Below are positions 1-9,692 of a DNA stretch of 61,215 nucleotides, one piece after another. The notes beneath the pieces were generated by a model, which worked only from the letters and a program-made list of their open reading frames with translations, did not search any database and was not told where the DNA came from. The first letter of the stretch is position 1. The number at the start of each line of letters is the position of its first letter. The position numbers were made by a program, and so were the translations under genes. Origin of the DNA: Leptolyngbyaceae cyanobacterium (GTDB lineage: Bacteria > Cyanobacteriota > Cyanobacteriia > Phormidesmidales > Phormidesmidaceae); NCBI GenBank assembly GCA_050331235.1, contig JBHJHA010000064.1, forward strand, positions 1 to 61,215, given 5' to 3'.

Positions 1-1496
1 TTGATGCCGTGGCGATCGCAATAGTCCCACACGGTTTCATGCACGATCTGCTTCCAGCGGCTCAGGTATTCCTGCTCCTTCGCTTTGAACTCTAGCCCCT
101 GCATGGTGTCGGGCCGTCCCGCTTCCCACCACTTCAGCCACTCCACGCCAAAGGCTTTGACAAAGAAGTCAAACAACCCGGTGAAGGACACGCCCACAAT
201 GGGGTCTTCCTCACGGGAGTGCCGATACCGGGCTTCTACAAACTGATGGTTCAGCAGGCTAGCCACGGCCAGGGCCCCCGCTTTGAACGCGTCTTCCTGC
301 TCTTGCTGGTTAAACGGATCGAGCTGATTGAGGTGAATTTCTGCCAGGTTGCAGTGAAAGTCTTGACCAATAATCTCACCGCAGGGGTTTAGGCCATAGC
401 GACCTTTGCCCTGGGCGCGGCGCTCGGCTTCACCGGCCCACTGAATCGCGCCTTCACCGGAGTGAAACTGCTTCCGCACTGCCGCTTTGGTTTCTTCTAG
501 GTCAGGCTTGTGGTGAAAGACGCGGGTGTGATTTGCCATGCGCAGCGCATCCCGTTCGGGGTCGATGCGCCAGTTGCCGTTTTCATCCTGCTGCCAGAGA
601 TTGTCCTTGGCGTTGGTGGCTAGGGTGTCGTCGCTGGCAAATTGACGCATTCCGGCACTGCGGCGAATATTACCCGCCACGACGCAGGCCGCCGCCTCAT
701 CGATGAGCAGACAGCACTCCACAGAGTTGAGCTGTCGCCCGATCGCCTTATTCAAGATGTTGGCGCAGCGCTCGTAGAGCGTTGGTAGCTTCACCGGGTT
801 GGCTACGCCACCAAAGCCCTTTAGCTTTTCCCCAGCGGGGCGCACATCACTCAGGTCAACCATGACCTGCACCTCATCCTTGAAATGCTCGTTGCTAGAG
901 AGCTCCAAAATCGTTTGGTAAGACTTTACCCAGCCTTGGCGACTGTCCCCCACGTGGATCCGCACGTGATTAGCTTCGTAGTTGTAAACCACCTGGGTTT
1001 TGTCTCGACGCTGCTCCGCCGGCGTGGTGCCAATCGCGCCCTCTTGCCGCACGTTTAGGCGATTGCGAATGGCGGGCAACTGACCAATATATTTTGGCTC
1101 GAGTACGGCACCCGTACCGCACCCCATCATCGCCAAGTCCATCATCAGGCCAAAGGCGCGCCAGTCCACTACGTTCGTACTGGTGCAGTTATAAGCGCCA
1201 GAAAAATTTTCCGGCTTTTTGCTCCACGCGGTGCCGCCAACCCAGAGCCACCGACCCGAAGGCAGCGCCTTGATTTCCCGCTGCATGCGGCCAATTAGGT
1301 CCTGCTCTTCGCTCGTTAATTGACCTAGCTCAGCCAGCCCCCCCAGGGTGCGATCGCACACCTGCTTCCAGGTCTCGCGCTCCCCATCCACGGTTTCATC
1401 CTTGCGGCTATAGGTGCGATAAAACACGGGATAGGCCGTTGACGCTGTCTCTGGAAATGCGCCTTGAGACCGAGTACGGGGGAGTTCTTGAACCAT
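1..1496 (-). CDS. nrdJ: Class II (adenosylcobalamin-dependent) ribonucleotide reductase, 5' part (runs off window start)
   Basis: Manual minus-strand translation from ATG at 1496: MVQELPRTRSQGAFPETASTAYPVFYRTYSR...PSGRWLWVGG...YNCTST...RYGLNPCGEIIGQDFHCNLAEIHL. Contains the NPCGE thiyl-radical motif. Not in the ORF track because it is truncated. Confidence 0.95.
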   Translation of the reverse strand, partial: MVQELPRTRSQGAFPETASTAYPVFYRTYSRKDETVDGERETWKQVCDRTLGGLAELGQLTSEEQDLIGRMQREIKALPSGRWLWVGGTAWSKKPENFSGAYNCTSTNVVDWRAFGLMMDLAMMGCGTGAVLEPKYIGQLPAIRNRLNVRQEGAIGTTPAEQRRDKTQVVYNYEANHVRIHVGDSRQGWVKSYQTILELSSNEHFKDEVQVMVDLSDVRPAGEKLKGFGGVANPVKLPTLYERCANILNKAIGRQLNSVECCLLIDEAAACVVAGNIRRSAGMRQFASDDTLATNAKDNLWQQDENGNWRIDPERDALRMANHTRVFHHKPDLEETKAAVRKQFHSGEGAIQWAGEAERRAQGKGRYGLNPCGEIIGQDFHCNLAEIHLNQLDPFNQQEQEDAFKAGALAVASLLNHQFVEARYRHSREEDPIVGVSFTGLFDFFVKAFGVEWLKWWEAGRPDTMQGLEFKAKEQEYLSRWKQIVHETVWDYCDRHGI

Positions 1497-1818
1497 GAAG
1501 CTAAGTCCTTGTGGTAACGAATGGGAGCTGATGAGACAAAAATGTGTGAATTATGGAGCAAATAACTGCCCCCAGTGAGCCAATATGATAGGTCACATCT
1601 AGGGGTTTGTCGCTTTCTAAAGCAAAATTTACGCTATTGGTAGAGGCGATTCCCAGCCCCACACCAAAGTCGTTTACAAGATAGCACAACGTTTACAGAG
1701 GTGTACGTTTGCTAGAGTAGGAGCAAAGAGGCGGCGCTGTGCCCTGCTCTGGGCCCATATTGAGCTCGGCGGGTAAACAAACTAGCGAACGCTGCTTCGA
1801 CTTCACGACCCTGAGTTT

Positions 1819-2313
1819 ATGGAAGGCTTTACTCGTCAAGAAACGTTGGCATTGACCCAAACCACTTCAAGCCGGTTAGCGTACCTCGACCGAACGGGGG
1901 TGATCACGCCAGCCAAATACGGTAACCCCAAAAAGCCCACGGTGATTTATACCTGGGAGCAAGTCTTAGAAATTCGCACCATCGCCAATCTGCGCAAGCA
2001 AATCTCGCTGCAAATGGTGCGCAAACTTGTAGATTTTTTAGACCAACATGGACTTGATACGACTCTCCACGACAAACATCTCGTCGCTACGCCCAACGAA
2101 GTGTTTTTGGTCGCCTCAGACTGGTCTGACATGCCCCATGTGATGAAAGTCGCCGATCGCGAAGGAACCGGCTTAGGTCAGCTAGTGCTGATGGTTTTAC
2201 CGCCGCTCAACACCGTCATTCATGACATCTGGCAAGCCGCTGCAGACTCTAACGTGATTGACTTTGATAGCTTTAAGCAACGGGCGAAGACGACTCCGGC
2301 TCAGGTTGGGTAA
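1819..2313 (+). CDS. MerR-like HTH transcriptional regulator
   Basis: N-terminal FTRQETLALT...RLAYLDRTGVITP...YTWEQVLEIRTI resembles the MerR winged-helix. Confidence 0.75.
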   Translation: MEGFTRQETLALTQTTSSRLAYLDRTGVITPAKYGNPKKPTVIYTWEQVLEIRTIANLRKQISLQMVRKLVDFLDQHGLDTTLHDKHLVATPNEVFLVASDWSDMPHVMKVADREGTGLGQLVLMVLPPLNTVIHDIWQAAADSNVIDFDSFKQRAKTTPAQVG

Positions 2314-2677
2314 AGGTGACTTCCGTTTCCACCTGCCATTCATTGGTCAATGGCGGCTGCAAGGTGGCAGAGCTGGGCGTCACCAGTTGACGCTGGGCCC
2401 GCAGCTTGGGGACCGCCTCATAGCGAATCTTGACCCCCAAAATAGCCGACGAAAAGACCAGGGTGAGCAAATTCGCCATGATCAACGGCATATCGTGCAC
2501 GTAAACCCCGTACACCAGCCACAAAGCAATTCCTAAACACAGAATGATCAACATGCTCCAAGACATGCCGTCAGCAGAGCGCGATCGCCAAGTTTTCAAA
2601 ACCTGGGGAAGGTAGGCCAGAGTGGTCATTGAACCAGCCACAATGCCGAGTGCAGTCATTGAATCCATCGCAGGCAA
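2273..2677 (-). CDS. SemiSWEET / PQ-loop sugar transporter
   Basis: TTLAYLPQVLKTWRSRSADGMS PQ-loop motif, three TM helices, polar C-terminal tail. Confidence 0.9.
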   Translation of the reverse strand: MPAMDSMTALGIVAGSMTTLAYLPQVLKTWRSRSADGMSWSMLIILCLGIALWLVYGVYVHDMPLIMANLLTLVFSSAILGVKIRYEAVPKLRAQRQLVTPSSATLQPPLTNEWQVETEVTFTQPEPESSSPVA

Positions 2678-2986
2678 ATCCTCAGCAGTGAAGAAAGGAA
2701 ATGAGCAAGGCCAACCGTAGTATTGCCATCTCAGTCAAGCAATCTAACACAACAAAACAGGAAGAAACTCAACCTTAAGATGAATCATTGTTTAAATTTG
2801 TGTGATCTTTTCTGCGATCGCCATACCCCTTACCAGTCGGTCGTTTTCCGGCCTCCGAAAGACTTATGGCAACCATAAATTCCACTAATTGTTACAGCCG
2901 CAGATTTTCCCCCAAGAGGGCGATTGATCAATCAATGGCTCTCTCCCAAGGCGGCCTGCGTACGCTCGGCTTCACGGCTCCTTTCT

Positions 2987-4495
2987 CTAAGACGCTTTGG
3001 CTGCTTGCTCCCGGGCGTAGTTTAGATTTTTCTGATATTCCTGAATTTTTTGCTGGGCGATCGCCGCGTTTGGGTCATCGGCAGGCACCTGCTTTAAGGT
3101 GTCGATTGCCTCGGCCCAGAGAGTGCTGACCTCTTGCCATTCGGCTTGGCTCTGCGCCGCTTGGGTCTTGGTCGCCGCTTCATAGGCCACACTCAAACCG
3201 GCGGCAAAAGCCGGATCCGGTGAGGCAGTTGTTCCGGCTACAGGGGTCGAGGTCTCCCCAGACGGAGCACTGGCCGGCGGAGCGGGCGAGTTCGAGGTGG
3301 GAGCAGGGGAGGATTGATTTGGCATAGGCAGCGAGGGCCCCAAAGTGCCTGGGTTTGTCACCCAGGTGGGTAGTTGCCAGTGCCCTTGAGAATAGGAGTA
3401 GCCTCCCCAGAGCGTTCCGATCGCCACTAAAACACCACTCACCGCGCCAGCAATTTTATAAGGGCAGTAGGGGCGATCGCCGACAACCTTGCCACTATGG
3501 CCGTTGATCACGACCTGATAGGGCTGGTTCTTAAAGCGATAGGTTGCCATCCAAACCGGCAACAAAATGTGCTTAAAAGTCTGATCTTGATACACCGTGT
3601 CACGGGAGTGAATGCGCTGCTCATCGCCGCCAATGTCCGATTCAATATCGGCGGTGATGAACGAGCGCATAATGCCCTGAGCCCGCGTAAAGCCCTGATC
3701 TAGGCTGACCTGATAGCGCTGGGTCCTGAATCCTCTTAAGAAAGCCGCGTCATAGGCCGAGAGAGATTTGAGCGGCCAGGGACCAATTTTGCTCAGGCGA
3801 TCGGAGTCCACCGTCTTAGAGGCTGGCACCAAAATATCATCAAAAAATCGGCTGACACTTCCCGAAACAGATCGCCAGCGAGTGCGGCGTTCCTGATACT
3901 CCTCGGTTTCCCACTCCCCATCGGCATTCTTCACGCGCCGGGTTTTCGTCACGTAATAGTAGGTGCCACGTTCGCCGCTGTAGCTGGTGCGCGTTTGGCA
4001 GTCATAGGTCCAAAAAGGTAGGTAAACCCCCTGGAGCGCTTCGTGCTGTGCCAACTGCTTCAGACTGGACGGGGCAAACCATCGCGTTTGTAACCACTCG
4101 ACTAGTTTTTTCCGTCCCTCTTTGCGCCCGACCTTAAAGGGTAAGATGCCCCCGGGCGTAATTACTGGGTCAGCGCTTTCTGCCTGAGCGGTGATGTGAG
4201 TTCCACAAAAGGGGCAGTCACCCGCGACTTCCGGGGGCTCAAAGGTGATTTGGGCATGGCAACCATCGCATTCTACTTCCAGCGCCTTTTGGGTCAGCGA
4301 GGTGTGGCTGATACTCCGCCGTTGCCAAGTGCTCAAGTTGATCTCTTCGACCGTGGCGGCATTGCCGATAACGGTCGAAGAGCGATCGCAATAGGGACAA
4401 GAAAGCTTTCCCAGGGTCGGATTAAACACCAGGTCAGCGCCGCACCCCGGACAGGCCGACGCCTGGCTAAGTGAAGGAGAAGGAGAAGTCGTCAT
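2987..4495 (-). CDS. Zn-ribbon membrane protein (SPFH-associated family) with C-terminal helical domain
   Basis: Four CxxC motifs (CPGC, CPYC, CDGC, CPFC), YLPFWTYD, HILLPVW, NGHSGKVVGDRP, TM segment, Pro-rich linker. Confidence 0.75.
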   Translation of the reverse strand: MTTSPSPSLSQASACPGCGADLVFNPTLGKLSCPYCDRSSTVIGNAATVEEINLSTWQRRSISHTSLTQKALEVECDGCHAQITFEPPEVAGDCPFCGTHITAQAESADPVITPGGILPFKVGRKEGRKKLVEWLQTRWFAPSSLKQLAQHEALQGVYLPFWTYDCQTRTSYSGERGTYYYVTKTRRVKNADGEWETEEYQERRTRWRSVSGSVSRFFDDILVPASKTVDSDRLSKIGPWPLKSLSAYDAAFLRGFRTQRYQVSLDQGFTRAQGIMRSFITADIESDIGGDEQRIHSRDTVYQDQTFKHILLPVWMATYRFKNQPYQVVINGHSGKVVGDRPYCPYKIAGAVSGVLVAIGTLWGGYSYSQGHWQLPTWVTNPGTLGPSLPMPNQSSPAPTSNSPAPPASAPSGETSTPVAGTTASPDPAFAAGLSVAYEAATKTQAAQSQAEWQEVSTLWAEAIDTLKQVPADDPNAAIAQQKIQEYQKNLNYAREQAAKAS

Positions 4496-4526
4496 GGGTT
4501 GCCGTTAAAGAAAGGTTTCGACTGCA

Positions 4527-5639
4527 TTAGAGCGGTGGGGGCGGAGCCGGTGGGGCAAATAAGCTAGCCAGTTCGGGCACATTGGCAGCCGGTTGCCAGC
4601 CGGACAGACCACTGCGCCAAACGTTCGATTGTGGCGTCAAGCCATTAGGGATGAGTTGACTCGCTGTAAAGGGGCCAAAGTTTTGACCATCACGGGTGAT
4701 GTACCACTGAGATTGAGTCGGTAATGGTGGTGGCGGGGTAGCCGCAGTGGGCCCAGACGTAGCGGGTGCAGCAGCCCCTGTTTGTCCCTGCATGGCGTTA
4801 ACGATTTGCTGCCCCATCGCCAGTCCTACCCCAAGGTCAACCGCTTGGTTGCCGCCGTTAGGATTTTGAGCCGAAGCTTCAATCGCGTTGGCCGCTTGGT
4901 ACTGGGTGTAGTTTTGCAAGTTGCCCAACACATTCATCGAGGCGCGGCGATCGAGGGCCTGCTCGACTTCTGGCGGCAGCGAAATATTCTCAATTAAAAA
5001 GTGCGGCAGAGTAATGCCAAAAGCCTCGATGTCGGACTGAATCGCCGCACGAATTGTGTCACCCGAGGCGCGGTAGTTCGCCGCAAAGTCAGCAAAGTTG
5101 AGCCCTGACTGCCCTAACCAGGTGGCAAAAGAAGACACCAGCATGTTGCGGATCTGGTCGCTAATTTCATCGATTTGAAATAGGCCATCGGTACTGACCA
5201 AATCTTGCAGCAGCCGCACTGGGTCTTGCACTCGCATGCTGTAGGTGCCGTAGGCCCGCAGTCGTACTGTGCCGCCGAGGTCTGGGGCATGCACCGCAAT
5301 AGGGCTCGCTGTGCCCCACTTCAAATTCGTAAAGACTTTGGTGTTAAAGAAGTACACCTCGGCCTTAAAGGGAGAATTGAACCCATAGGGAAAACCCTTG
5401 ATCGTGCTTAGCACCGGCATGTTTTGGGTGGAGAGAGTATACATGCCGGGGTCAAAGGCATCGGCTACTTGCCCTTCATTCACAAAAACGGCCTTTTGGC
5501 CGGGGCGCACCGTTAGTTTGGCCCCCATTTTGATTTCGTTTTGGTAGCGCTCAAAGCGGTAAGCGATTGTATCGTTGCTTTGATCCAACCATTCAATAAT
5601 GTCGACAAATTCGCTAGCGATCTTTTCAAATAAGCCCAT
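4527..5639 (-). CDS. SPFH/band-7 domain protein (YdjI-like) with C-terminal GYF_2-like domain
   Basis: EFVDIIEWLD...LTVRPGQKAVFVNEG...SPFKAEVYF...KWGT; C-terminal WYITRDGQNFGPF...VWRSGLSGWQPA. Start taken at MGLFEK. Confidence 0.85.
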   Translation of the reverse strand: MGLFEKIASEFVDIIEWLDQSNDTIAYRFERYQNEIKMGAKLTVRPGQKAVFVNEGQVADAFDPGMYTLSTQNMPVLSTIKGFPYGFNSPFKAEVYFFNTKVFTNLKWGTASPIAVHAPDLGGTVRLRAYGTYSMRVQDPVRLLQDLVSTDGLFQIDEISDQIRNMLVSSFATWLGQSGLNFADFAANYRASGDTIRAAIQSDIEAFGITLPHFLIENISLPPEVEQALDRRASMNVLGNLQNYTQYQAANAIEASAQNPNGGNQAVDLGVGLAMGQQIVNAMQGQTGAAAPATSGPTAATPPPPLPTQSQWYITRDGQNFGPFTASQLIPNGLTPQSNVWRSGLSGWQPAANVPELASLFAPPAPPPPL

Positions 5640-5996
5640 CGCATCGCTCCTGATGAGATCAAATTCTATGGTTATCAGTAGGTTGCCCACATTCCCGATG
5701 ACAGTGACCACAGTTGGAACAGGACTCATTCCGGTAAATCGGCCCTGGTTGCAATAAAGATTCAAGGTCCACCGTATTGATTAAGACAGGGGGACTCGCC
5801 GCAAAATGATCCGTCCGAGGAGAGAGAAACCACGACTTTTTAGCGTCGGAGTCAATAAACGCTCCATGACTCACTAAAATTGGAGTGCCCTGTTTGCGGT
5901 CATTCGCTAAAACAGGGGTGCGATCGCCGCTAGGGGTAGACGCATGCAACTAAAATTGCTCCAATCACGTCGATAGCATGGTGGAGGAGGTGCCTT

Positions 5997-6683
5997 GTGA
6001 ATATTGCCGAGCTATTTGCCCGTGGCGGCATTGCCATGTGGCCATTGCTGTTTTTGTCAATTTTGGCGCTTGGCACCATCATTGAGCGCATTTGGTTTTG
6101 GTCACGCATTTTAACCAAAGAGCGCGAAGTTTCTGGCCGCGTGCTGGAGGCTGCCCGCCGGGAGTGGTCAGCCGCCAGCGACATTGCCCAGCGAGCCAAC
6201 AAATTGCCCATGGGGCGATTCTTGTATTCTGCTTTGTCTTTAAATACGCCAGATCCAGAAGTGTTTCGCCTAGCCTTAGAAACCTCCGCTGATGAGGAAC
6301 TCACCGTCATGCGTAAAGGCGAAAAAGTCTTGGAAGCGGTCATTGCCCTATCGCCGATGTTGGGGTTGTTGGGCACCGTTGTCGGTTTGATCAACTCTCT
6401 CGGGTCCATCCAGCTGTCTGATCTGGCGAGCGACAGCACCACCGGCACTGTTTTGGGCATCGGGGAGGCACTCATCAGCACTGCGGCTGGTCTGGTGATT
6501 GCGATTTTTAGCCTGGCGTTTTATCGTCTCTTTCAAGGGTTTGTCTTTGGTCAGGCCAAGGTCTTTCGGCAGTCGGGCAGCGAGCTAGAGCTGCTCTACC
6601 GACAGGCTTGGGCCGCTAAATATCGGCCCACTGAGATGGCTGAAGCTCAGCCTGCGGAGGTGGCGGCGCCCCATGAAAATTGA
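5997..6683 (+). CDS. exbB: MotA/TolQ/ExbB proton channel protein
   Basis: [14 protein letters not shown] and [13 protein letters not shown] motifs. Confidence 0.9.
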   Translation: MNIAELFARGGIAMWPLLFLSILALGTIIERIWFWSRILTKEREVSGRVLEAARREWSAASDIAQRANKLPMGRFLYSALSLNTPDPEVFRLALETSADEELTVMRKGEKVLEAVIALSPMLGLLGTVVGLINSLGSIQLSDLASDSTTGTVLGIGEALISTAAGLVIAIFSLAFYRLFQGFVFGQAKVFRQSGSELELLYRQAWAAKYRPTEMAEAQPAEVAAPHEN

Positions 6684-7308
6684 TTTGCTCGACTCCCCTT
6701 CAGAAGACGTCAGGATTGAGATTATTCCGCTGATTGACGTTATTTTTTGCATTTTGACGTTTTTCATCTTGGCTGCAGTTGGCTTAACCCGCCAGCAGGC
6801 CATTGATCTAGATTTGCCCAATGCCAATACGGGGAGTCCCTTGCCACCGCAGGGTATTGGCTCCCAAGCCGTACAACGAGAGCGGCTGTACGTCAGTATC
6901 GATGCGATTGGTCAGGTTTACATTGACCAGCAACCCGTCACAGTAGATCTGCTTTACGACATTTTGCTACAGCATCGGCAAACGTCTCCCCAGGGACTCA
7001 TTGTCCTCTATGCTTCCCGGGATGCGCGATACGAAGATGTCATTGAGGTGCTAGATCTACTGCGCTCGGTAGGGGGCGATCGCGTGGCTCTAGCAACCCT
7101 ACCCGGAGAGTCACTGGAGTCTCCCATTCCCGAGTCAGAACCATTGCCCGATGGCGACCAACCCGATGATGGCTTGCTGGACCTCAGTCCTGTTCCGACC
7201 CCCTCGACGCCAGATTCAGACACGCCGACGCCGAATATCTTTGAGCCGTTGCCGTCGTCTCCCACTGAGCCCCCGGACGATCCCAGTCCCACCGACGACG
7301 CCTCCTAG
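6673..7308 (+). CDS. exbD: ExbD/TolR biopolymer transport protein
   Basis: [17 protein letters not shown] motif; overlaps exbB stop; Pro/Asp-rich tail. Confidence 0.9.
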   Translation: MKIDLLDSPSEDVRIEIIPLIDVIFCILTFFILAAVGLTRQQAIDLDLPNANTGSPLPPQGIGSQAVQRERLYVSIDAIGQVYIDQQPVTVDLLYDILLQHRQTSPQGLIVLYASRDARYEDVIEVLDLLRSVGGDRVALATLPGESLESPIPESEPLPDGDQPDDGLLDLSPVPTPSTPDSDTPTPNIFEPLPSSPTEPPDDPSPTDDAS

Positions 7309-9212
7309 GTTCTCATTGGCGAAGCTTCAAGGGCCACCGCACCCGCTGCCATCAGTGCGATCGCGACTCCGTCCATACCTGACTCAGGCGGCACGAAGAT
7401 TACGACCCCATCTCGCCCCCGGGAAAGCAACACGCGATAGCTGTTGAGCCGCAGGCGACGTGGGTCCTGCACTTGGCGTTGCCGGGTGTTGCAGTGCCAA
7501 GTGTCAGCTTGCCAAGTCAGGTCGCCCCCCCACGCCACGATTGCTAAATCAAGCTCCAGCCCTTGACAGCCAAACTCCGTGACTACCTGCTCCAGTGCAC
7601 AGCAAGACCGAGGCGAATCCGGCGGATCGATATACCAAGGGCCCGACTTAACCCGCAGGGTCGATTTATAATCATTTGCCACACCGTAGGTAGTCAGATT
7701 TTTTGCTCGGGATGAGGCCACCATGCCATAGCGCTTAGCAGGCTGGTCGCCGTAGCGATCGCGGCAATACTGCTTAGCCGTTTCCAAATCTCGGGTGTAA
7801 TAAATTCGGAAGCCTGACTCCCAAAGTTGAGGCATAAGTTTGGCGGCGGTGGTCAACCGTCCCGACAGTAGCTGGTTGATCCAAGCCTGAACTGCTTCTG
7901 CCCGGTGAGTGCGCAGCGACATCGTTAAGTCAAACTGAGGGGCGGCATCGAGTTGGTCACTGACACCGGCAAATATCGTCTCGTAGCGTTGGGGGCAGTG
8001 CACCTGCCACCGTTGCTCGGCCTGCTCTAGCCCTACCTGCCACTGATCAATGTCTTCTTCCTCCCCTACGTGGATTTCTTGCCCCTCACCGATGAGCGCT
8101 ACCACCACCGCCCAGTCCTCTACCCGCTCGGCAATGCGCAATACAGCTCCCCCCGCTGCCTGCTCAATGCCGTATTTTTCGGCCATGCGCTCAGCGTCCC
8201 AGGCCCGCTGAGCTTCGTCAAACACGATAATGTGCTCTTGGGGTGCGCTCTGTTGCCGCACCTGATGCTGGAGATAGAAGTTGCGTACCGGCTGCACAAA
8301 CACGCGGTTTTTCAGGGCGTATTGCAACACTTGAATCAGCGGCCCATTGCCCGAGAGAAATACCGCTTGGGGGCGATCGCTATTGGCCAGCGGGTTTTGA
8401 TAGACAAATTGCAGTCCCACCAATGTCTTACCCGCGCCAGGCACTCCCGTAATCAGAACCAGATGCCGCTCTTTCTCCTCAGCTGCCTGTTGCACGAGCT
8501 GATTCAACGTCTGAAGCAGTTGAGGAATCCCTGCACTCTCGGCCCGCCGAATCGAGGGCAGCGGCTCATGCTGAAAGATTTGCCTGGCTGCTTGGACAAC
8601 CGTGGGTAAAGGTGTGTAATCAGCCGTCATCCATGCCTGGACGTCAACCTCACATCCGGCTGCGCGTTCCGCTGCCAAGATATCGGCGAGTTGGGGGGAG
8701 CTCACAGGCTGCACGTCCGCTCGCAGCGCTGCCGGCTGCTCTCGTCGGGTCAGCACTAACAAAGATCTGATCGGGCGATCGCGACAGCCGGGGTGATAGA
8801 TTGCTAAGTCACGAGCATAGGCGGCTGTTTGGTCTAGATCCGCGGCGACGATCGTGGCCTTTTGCTTAAACTCTAAAACCCAAATACTGTCCCCCGCTAA
8901 AATCAACACGTCTGGGCGACGTCCCCCTTCCCGAGGCAACTCATACTCAAAAATCAACACCCACCCTGAGTGATGGGGCTGACACAACGCCTGATAGAGC
9001 ACTGTTGCCGTGTCTTGCCAAGCCTGGCGCTGGGTCTGAGCCGGCGGCTGCCGATAAAGCCGCTGATACTGAGACAACATGTGAGCCAGCCAAGCCTCCA
9101 GGCTCAACTGCAGAAAGTCGGCAACGGTACCGAGCCAGCCGTACCCGGCAATCGATTCGTCCGCCACAAATAAATCTAACTGTTCAGAAGCCGGCATCGA
9201 CGATCTCAACAT
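7305..9212 (-). CDS. DUF2075 (Schlafen group-3-like helicase) protein with N-terminal PD-(D/E)xK nuclease-like region
   Basis: EYELPREGGRRPDVLIL...LEFK; Walker A GVPGAGKT; FDEAQRAW; EFGCQGLELD; NSYRVLLSRGRDG. Confidence 0.8.
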   Translation of the reverse strand: MLRSSMPASEQLDLFVADESIAGYGWLGTVADFLQLSLEAWLAHMLSQYQRLYRQPPAQTQRQAWQDTATVLYQALCQPHHSGWVLIFEYELPREGGRRPDVLILAGDSIWVLEFKQKATIVAADLDQTAAYARDLAIYHPGCRDRPIRSLLVLTRREQPAALRADVQPVSSPQLADILAAERAAGCEVDVQAWMTADYTPLPTVVQAARQIFQHEPLPSIRRAESAGIPQLLQTLNQLVQQAAEEKERHLVLITGVPGAGKTLVGLQFVYQNPLANSDRPQAVFLSGNGPLIQVLQYALKNRVFVQPVRNFYLQHQVRQQSAPQEHIIVFDEAQRAWDAERMAEKYGIEQAAGGAVLRIAERVEDWAVVVALIGEGQEIHVGEEEDIDQWQVGLEQAEQRWQVHCPQRYETIFAGVSDQLDAAPQFDLTMSLRTHRAEAVQAWINQLLSGRLTTAAKLMPQLWESGFRIYYTRDLETAKQYCRDRYGDQPAKRYGMVASSRAKNLTTYGVANDYKSTLRVKSGPWYIDPPDSPRSCCALEQVVTEFGCQGLELDLAIVAWGGDLTWQADTWHCNTRQRQVQDPRRLRLNSYRVLLSRGRDGVVIFVPPESGMDGVAIALMAAGAVALEASPMRT

Positions 9213-9692
9213 ATCGAAACCTATCAGCCTGGCGACTCAAGCTGGCTAACAGGCAGTGAGAACTGCCCAGGAACCTGGTCGAGTCACACTATTTACGCTG
9301 ACAAGAAAATAGCCCAGGCGCGTCTATCAGAAGCCGTAAACCGGCTAGTGAGATGCAGACAGATTGACAACCAGCCGGTGCGGCCAACCGCGATCGCTCC
9401 CTTTTATACTATTTCATTGCCCTGCTGGTGTATGAGTTCAAAGGCAAATAGGCAGGCGACGGGTTGAGGAAATCAGTAGATACATACCTTCAAGGTAAAA
9501 GCTTTTTTTACACTGTAAACATTGCTACCAGGCTTTATGGTGACTTCACGCAAATCTAGTCAGCCCCACACTGGTGATAGAGGTCATCTACCGATAAACT
9601 TCTGCCCCCTGGGTGATCAAATATCACTTTGACAAAGCCACCAGCAGCGATCGCCCCACAATAGTAGTGTGTATGGACTAAGAGACGAAGGC

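Noticed and set aside
5930..6481. 183-aa minus-strand ORF (and similar antisense ORFs at 8070, 19289, 31956, 34019, 43043, 49957, 54694)
   Set aside because: Antisense shadows of well-supported genes, with no motifs of their own
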